Shown here: one piece after another, positions 1 to 64,000 of the stretch
How the letters are laid out: every line of letters starts with the position of its first letter
Numbering within the stretch: the stretch's first letter is position 1
Origin: Octopus bimaculoides
Taxonomy: Eukaryota
Direction: 5' to 3'
NCBI RefSeq assembly: GCF_001194135.2
Contig: NC_068986.1
Span: 115,794,070 to 115,858,069, forward strand
Length of the DNA stretch: 64,000 nt
Notes under the pieces: generated by a model
Seen by the model: the letters and a program-made list of their open reading frames with translations, nothing else
Database searches by the model: none
Told to the model about the DNA's origin: nothing
Program-made: the position numbers and the translations under genes

Positions 1-234
1 ATATACTCTTTGAGTCTGTGGTCAGGAAATGATGAAAAAAATGGCGGCTCCTCCATCCGTTGTTGGAACAGCAATGAAATCTTTAACTTTCACTTCAACC
101 TCCATGGGAGAGCTTCTGAGTTAGGATTCCATTACGATGAAGAAACGGTCATGATTGTCTTATCAACAGCCCATCATGTATGGAATCTTCCATTTTTCCG
201 CATGGACGATTGGATTGATTCTTTGAGCATTTAG
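1..234 (+). CDS. Possible 3' end of a convergent gene (frame open from the window edge to TAG)
   Basis: 77 stop-free codons of ordinary composition running off the left edge; AATAAA near 612; no family recognised. Confidence 0.2.
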   Translation: MYSLSLWSGNDEKNGGSSIRCWNSNEIFNFHFNLHGRASELGFHYDEETVMIVLSTAHHVWNLPFFRMDDWIDSLSI

Positions 235-406
235 TAGAAACACGGATGGACGTTAACAGTGGACATGTCTCAAATGCTACAGAATGAAAATATTTAATAA
301 CAAAAATACTTCTCAGGCATAACAATAACTTATCTGTCCAATGCACACACTTTACTCTGTGGCAAAAGTAATTCTGTTTTCGTGTCACTATATTTAATGC
401 ATGTCA

Positions 407-448
<42 letters not shown>

Positions 449-449
449 C

Positions 450-600
450 GCTACCATTGGTTTCATGTTAAGAAAAATATCTTAATATCTTAACAATTTT
501 TCAAGCCGATCACATAGAGACGAACACCATTCCTCCATGTGATCGACTTAAAAAATTGTTATGATATTAAGATATTTTTTAACATGAAACCAATGGTAGC
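450..600. repeat. Long hairpin (about 66-bp arms, about 21-nt loop), MITE-like
   Basis: gctaccattggtttcatgttaag...gatcacat is nearly the reverse complement of atgtgatcg...aacatgaaaccaatggtagc. Confidence 0.85.
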
Positions 601-651
601 CTTAATTTATAAATAAAGAATCTTTATCCACCAATGCGGTGNNNNNNNNNN

Positions 652-962
652 GGGGGCTCACAATCATGTGATAGCGTGTTCGATTGCCAGACCGTGTTTG
701 GTGCTGTGTTCTTGAGCAAGACACTTTATTTCACGTCGCTCCAGTTCACTCAGCTGTAGAAATGAGTCGTGACGTCACTGGTGCCAAGCTGCATCGGCCC
801 CTTTGCCTTTCCTTGGATAACATCGGTGGCGTGGAGAGGGGAAGCTGGTATGCATGGGCGACTGCTGGTCTTCCATAAACAATCTTGCCCGAACTTGTGC
901 CTCAGGGGTAACTTTCTAGGTGCAATTCCATTGTCATTCACGTCCAAAGGGGTCTTTACCCC
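652..962 (+). mobile_element. SINE family E; partial reverse copies at about 12712-12840 and 40478-40600
   Basis: B-box-like GTGTTCGATT followed by gtgttcttgagcaagacact; reverse-complement matches elsewhere in the window. Confidence 0.6.
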
Positions 963-1505
963 TTTATATATCGCTTACGCATCGCAAGACTAATAACCTG
1001 AGATAAACTCAATATACGTATGTTTCATAACAAAGTGTTAGATGAGTACAGAGCGGTAGCAGAAACAGCTGTACGCCAATGAGGTTCATAGCATAACCAT
1101 TGTTTTTCTTATATATATATATTTTTTTCTTCTATTTTTCTTTTTACTTTCCCCTTACATTTCCATGTGTACTATTTTGTTTTTGTAACATATATATATA
1201 TATATACGTTTAGATTTACTAAAATTGTGTAAGTTCTCTCCATTGTCTTATCTGGGAATTAATGTTCAGTAACTTTTCTCTCTCTCTCGCTCAGTTTTAT
1301 CGGGTTTGTAATTCCAATTAAATATAAATGTCCGCTGACAACCCCATGTATGGTTGCCCCCATGTGTGTGTGTGTGTGTGTGTGTGTGTCGGCTGAAGAT
1401 CGCAATGGCGTGAAAATCGAGCTGCGAGGCAAACTTTCAATAAAAAGAATTACGCCTTCTACAATGTGTATTGAGCACTCCTTTATCATTCGTTCAACAT
1501 AAAGC

Positions 1506-1542
<37 letters not shown>

Positions 1543-3446
1543 TGTGTGTATGGGGTAAAAGCGTGTATGTATATATCTGTGCGTGTGTGTGTGGTTTATT
1601 CAGACGAGGAAGGGCCTTGTATATGGCCTATTGGCAGGGTCACCAACACTAATGGAGGGAAGAAGAAAGTACTTGTTATTGAATAGTGCTCTAAGAAACA
1701 ATGCATCACGTCGTATTATCTTCCAATCAGAAACCTGGTCGCAGCGTTTACTACACGCACGCATACACACACACGACATTCGCAACGCTTTGGTCAACCT
1801 TAGGGTAAATTAGAAGACATTTGTCCTGGGTAATGTCATGGTGTGATATCGAACGCTGCAGCCATGCAATTGCAAGGCATCCTTCTTGACCACACGGCCA
1901 CACTTGTAACATGTTTCTACAGCGACGCCTTTGGTCAAACTTGAAACATTGTTCCATCGATGTCTTTTTATTAAACTCCTAACGCGACGAGTATGGAGCT
2001 TCTACTTGATTGCTTAACCTGCAAGAAAAAGCAGCAAAATATCCCTCAAATCACAATCTTCCGTTTCAAATATAGAAAGAACGTATTCGATAGTTATAGT
2101 CCCGAAACCCCTGAAGCAGACAGGATGGTCACGGCTGAAAAACTTCTGATCGCATTTCTAATCGATCAGACAACTTCACATTAACATTCTGTTATATCCG
2201 AACTAAACCCCTCTCCGCATTGAATCATAACTATTATCCTAACATATTCCTGTTCTATCATAGCAATGTTCATACTAACCCCCCATTGTATCATAGCTAT
2301 ACCCTTACATACCATTGGACAGTTATTTATATCTACAACCATGTTACACTGGAATAATTTCAATGTAACTGGGCTACGTTTTATATTTCTTATTTTTATT
2401 ATTATTTGGCCTTGAGGCTATATTAGAAATTACTGTACCGTCCTCGAGCATTTTGTCAAACCTCCTGGTTAATAAAGAAATCATTATTATCATTATTTGC
2501 TTTGTGTACAGCCCTTGTGGCCAATAAATAAAGGATTATTATTATTATTATTATTATATTATTTAAATGTGATTAAAATTACTTAAAAATTAAATTGTTG
2601 TTCTGTTACCCTTTTTGTTTTCGTTTTCTTCATTGACCGCGGCCATGCTGGGGCATCGCGCCCAGAAGCTTTAGCCAATTATATTCACCCCTGTACTTTA
2701 GAGACCTAGAAAAGCAAACACGATCTGGGCGTCATAGGACGTTAGAAGCTCGTAACTAAATAACACAAGTTAATATTTTATTCGACGCACAAATCCTACC
2801 ACACACACTACATGCTTCTACACAGTTTCTGCCAACTGAACTTTACTCACAAGATAATGGTTATTCTAAAAACGTATAAGACTTTTGCACAATGTTCCAC
2901 TCCATAGGATCGAACTTCCTAACTTGACATCCCCACCACCACCATTCCCAATGTGTGTTTCTGCATCTACTTCACAGGAAGAAGTGTGTTACTCTCGATG
3001 CCAATAAATTGTTATAGTTTCTTATCCTGCACTGTCCACTTTTTGTTCTCTACACTTGTCACTCACTGCTCGATACTTGGACCCCCCTACCCTGCATCTT
3101 ACCCTTGTGTGTGTGTGGGGGGGGGGCAGTTATAATAAAAACAATTTTACATTAATCTAATGATGGGTTACTCTCTGTTTGTGTGGAATACAAATTATTA
3201 TTCTTAAACAAGAATAGTCAGTGACTTCGAAGTTTACACCAGCAAAGCCATCGTCAGACTACAAGGCATTGAAGTTAATGTTAGCTTTATATAGTCTCCT
3301 TTCGGAGTCGATAAATTAAGTACCAGTTGCGTACTGGAATCAATCTAATCGACTGGCTCCCTTCCCCAAAATTTCAGGCCTTGTGCCTAGAGTAGAAAAG
3401 AATATTCATTAAGTTTCATGGATGGGTCTTCTCTAGTATAGGCGTA

Positions 3447-3602
3447 AGAGTGGCTGTGTGGTAAGTAGCTTGCTTACCAACCACATGGTTCCGGGTTCAG
3501 TCCCACTGCGTGGCACCTTGCGCAAGTGTCTTCTACTATAGCCTCGGGTCGACCAAAGCCTTGTGAGTGGATTTGGTAGACGGAAACTGAAAGAGGCCCG
3601 TC

Positions 3603-3680
<78 letters not shown>

Positions 3681-3889
3681 GTGTGTATGTTTGTGTGTCT
3701 GTGTTTATCCCCCCAACATCGCTTGACAACCGATGCTGGCGTGTTTAGGTCCCCGTCACTTAGCGGTTCGGCAAAAGAGACCGATAGAATAAGTACTAGG
3801 CTTACAAAGAATAAGTCCTGGGGGTCTATTTGCTCGACTAAAGGCGGTGCTCCAGCATGGCCACAGTCAAATGACTGAAACAAGTAAAA
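3447..3889 (+). mobile_element. SINE family A (head GGAGTGGCTGTGTGGTAAG, internal (TA)n(TG)n, about 170-bp tail)
   Basis: Dispersed repeat with tRNA-like A/B boxes; at least 8 copies in the window. Confidence 0.9.
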
Positions 3890-4395
3890 AAAGTTTTTAA
3901 AAAGTATCATGCTGTTAACCCTCACAGTCGTTTGTCATCATCTGTCATTTTGGTCTTCACCTTTCACAGGTTCCAACCACTTTCAGTGCTCTGCACTTCT
4001 TTATACAAGTGACGTCCACCTCATGCCTCTTCCAAGCACACATCCAATTCTTGTTATGGCAAGTTTTCCTCAACTCATTTCTACTTTGTTGTTCATCCAC
4101 ACCAACAGAACACCAGCAGCTCCCTTCATTTCTCGTCTTTGCAAATCCTCTACATTTAAGACCATCTCACTACCATTAAAAAAAATCACACTTTCTACAC
4201 AAGCTTCATACAATCTGCTTTTCACTCAAAGAGAAACAACTCTACTGTCAACAGCAATCTTAGCTCACTGAGCCAGCCTCTTGCACCAGGTTTTGACTCT
4301 TGCTAGGCTTTCGATACTCCAAACACCACTGCTAGACAGGTCACTTTGGTAACAGATGTTATCAACTACCAAAAAAGCCTTCAAGGAATATATTT

Positions 4396-4752
4396 TATGT
4401 GGAGGTGCAATGACCCAGTGGTTAGGGCAGTGGACACGCGGTTTCGATTCCCAGAACGGGCACTGTGAGTATTTATTGAGTAAAAGCACCTAAAGTTCCA
4501 CAAGGCTCCAGCAGGGGGTGATGGCGAACCCTGCAGTACTCTTTCACCACAACATTCTCTCACACTTCCTGTTTCTGTTGTACCTGTAATTCAAAAGGGC
4601 CAGCCTTGTCACACCCTGTGTCACATTGAATCTCTCTGAGAACTACATTAAAGGTACACGTGTCTGTGGAGTGCTCAGCCACTTGACGTTGATTTCATGA
4701 GCAGGCTGTTCCGTTGATTGGATCAACTGAAACCCTCGTCGTTACTAGACTC
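4396..4752 (+). mobile_element. SINE family F
   Basis: tRNA-like head tatgtggaggtgcaatgacccagtggttag...gtttcgattccc; tail also seen at about 53095-53195 and reversed at about 40285-40450. Confidence 0.8.
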
Positions 4753-4904
4753 CTACAGAACATCTGTGCAATGTCTACCTAAACTATCAGCCTGATGGTG
4801 AGCTCATTAGACACTGAACTTCCATGGATTACAATGGCTACACTGTGTAGAATTTATCCCTTGGACCACAGTTCAACTTTACATATGAAGAATTTTTTCG
4901 TGGC

Positions 4905-5258
4905 ATTCCGCCAGTTACGACAACGAAGGTTCCAGCAGATCCGAGCAACAGAACAGCCTGCTCGTGAAATTAATGTGCAAGTGGCTGAGCACTCCACAGA
5001 CACGTGTACCTTTAACGTAATTCTCAGGGAGATTCAGCGTGACACAGAGTGTAACAAAGCCGGCCCTTCAAAATACAGGTACAACAGAAACAGGAAGAAA
5101 GAGTGAGAGGGTTCACCACCACCCTCTGCTGGAGCCTCGTGGAGCTTTAGGTATTTTCGCTCAATAAACACTCATAACGCCCAGAATGGGAATGGAAACC
5201 ACGATCCTACGACCACGAGTCCGCTGCCGTAACCACTGGGCCATTGCACCTCCACATA
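4905..5258 (-). mobile_element. SINE family F (inverted partner of 4396-4752)
   Basis: Reverse-complement match along its length. Confidence 0.8.
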
Positions 5259-5699
5259 TCAAGAATATGGTTGAGAGGAAATACCAGAGAGAAAATTCAG
5301 TATACAAAATACATATAGAGCAGAATGTGTCATGTGTGTAATACAGTGAGATTGCCCTTGCAATTAGAAGGAAAAAAACTTCCCCCAAAGGTGTTTAAAA
5401 TCTGTAAATAACAAACAAGAGAGATAACTGCAAGATCATCAGCAAAATCAAATTGCTGCAAAGACAGTCGTAGGGATCCAGGTCTTACTAATTTTCCCCT
5501 TTTCACACAGGGTCACATTGACTTTTATGTCGAAAGACAAGACTCACAAATCAGACAGACTGACAAAGAAGAGAGAGAGAGAGAGTAAAACAATTTTAAT
5601 ATTTGTTCATCCAAGTGAATAAAACTGTAGAGAGAGAGGTTTGATCCCCAGGAAGGACTTCACAAGGGAAAGTCAGGATGTGGGCGATGAGAATGATGA

Positions 5700-5731
<32 letters not shown>

Positions 5732-7221
5732 ATGGTTGGAGGAGGAGGAGGAGGAGGAACAGCAAATGACTCAGAGATAGCTTTATTCCATGTGCAACCC
5801 TCATCTTTCCTGGTTTAATGTTTAGGTGTGTGTGTATGTACATACAAACACACACACACATTACACAAATATACATATATATATATATACACACACATTA
5901 ATTACACACACACACACATATATATATACATATAAACACTCATTTTTCAAGCCTTTGTGTAAGTAATATATACACACATACACACATTTTTCTAGTTTTA
6001 ATCTATATACATCACCAATACACACACTCACAAGTCTGTACAAATTTAATAAACCATTTTCTTTATTGTTGTCTCTAATATTTCATCATCATCATCATCA
6101 GCATCACTACCATCATCAACAGCACCATCACCATCATCATCATCATCACTTCTTTGTAATTCCAAGTCACCACCACCACCATCACCATCATTATGGTCAA
6201 AGTTGTTATTTGTGATTATAACTGAGATCTTTCACCACCAGACAATACCGTCAGCCCTGTGTGTATGTGTGTGTGTGTGTGTTATGTCCAATGAGGTGGA
6301 GAGAAGGTGTCGAATGGCCTCTTGTTGTGGTGGGAGAGAGACAGGAGGACAAACACAGTCTCCCATTTTAAACATTTCTTTCGTGTCCGGTCTAACTCTG
6401 TTTGCCAACCAAACAAGGAATGGTACAGTTTTAACTTCATGTTTTTTTAATAATAATAAAAATAATAATTTCATAGATTGGCATGGCACCTTAGATTACT
6501 ATGGTTAGGGGGAAGAAAATGAGATGTTATGATGGTCATGCCTTTCACAATGTCATTAGTTCCATAACATGACAGGGATCCAACTGGGAATTGAAACCCT
6601 ATCACAGACCTTGGTTTGCAGAACAAACTTAACACTATATCATGGTGATTGACAGATATCAAAAAATAACAATTATTAGTAGTAGTAGTAATAATAATAA
6701 TGATAATAATAATAATAATAATGATCATAATAATAATAATAATAATAGTAGCTTTTGTCCATGGCAGAAAACCAAATTTTGTACAGAGAGGTGGAAGGGT
6801 CAGTTGATTGAAGCTCCATGTATTACTGGTATTGCCTGCCAAACAGGAATGAACAATGAGGTACTGAGCTGGGAGATCATAAAGGGGCCGAGACTGTCTT
6901 TCTATAGTTTAGGTCAACATCAACACATCGTCTACAATAATAATAATAATTACCATTATTATAATAATTATAATAAAGATGTGACCCTTGTTTGCCAGAT
7001 AATCTCACTGCCATAACTCTGGACCCCAAAATTGTTTTTTTGTCAACTTCTTGTGTTCGGTTAAGATTTCTTCTGATGCTTTATTGCCAAACTGAGGCCA
7101 GGTCAACCGAGGTCAGATCAGGTCAGGTCAGGTCAAGCTGACATCCATCGGTGGCATCCATGTTTGGCCAGTTGATGAGGTTGCAGTCTGAAAACACCGC
7201 AGAAGCAGCAGTGGACCGTGG

Positions 7222-63758
<56,537 letters not shown>

Positions 63759-63947
63759 CTGCAACAAAAAGAAAGTCAACAATTACTGAACAGGTTGCCC
63801 CACCTCCATCCATCAAACCCCACGTATCAAGATACACGGACAAAGAATATATATTTATGAATGGGTGACCGCGCATGTATGAGTGTACCATATATGTGGT
63901 GAGACATAGACACACATATATACAAAAATACATGTATATATATATGC

Positions 63948-64000
<53 letters not shown>

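Noticed and set aside
1751-2184. Short ORFs and a good minus-strand acceptor (ttttcttgcAG near 2017)
   Set aside because: Stops in all frames soon after the acceptor and no recognisable product
3433-3925. ORFs with [12 protein letters not shown] runs (also about 12757, 15107, 51909, 54006, 55329, 61911)
   Set aside because: Translations of (TA)n/(CA)n microsatellites inside SINEs
7098-7135. (GGTCA)n nuclear-receptor-like half-site repeats in the 3' UTR
   Set aside because: A short pentamer repeat with no independent evidence of regulatory function

Overview
Eukaryotic, AT-rich, microsatellite-dense DNA. The repeat families suggest a coleoid cephalopod, probably Octopus (inference from memory, no search run). 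One protein-coding gene is well supported: a pecanex-family (PCNX/pcx) multipass membrane protein on the minus strand. I reconstructed 32 GT-AG coding exons by hand (E1 62718-63758 to E32 7222-7506; 6128 nt, about 2040 codons) with consistent intron phases and a TGA stop at 7224-7222. Its 5' end lies beyond position 64000. The introns hold several tRNA-headed SINE families (my labels A, C, D, E, F), many 3' ends of an RTE-clade LINE (label B), CR1 and Tc1/mariner remnants, pogo-like and piggyBac-like non-autonomous elements, several long hairpins and 8 assembly gaps, none inside an exon. The most notable observation is family C. It is a Pol III-type (tRNA-headed) short element carrying a minimal type I hammerhead-ribozyme motif like those of Penelope-like elements. 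All four loci have inverted-repeat architecture and lie within about 60 nt of a pecanex splice site. Other candidates: an inverted repeat pair bracketing exon E15, a duplicated frameshifting 3' splice site at E23, and a recursive-splice-like exon (E2). Exon boundaries were counted by hand; repeat boundaries are approximate.
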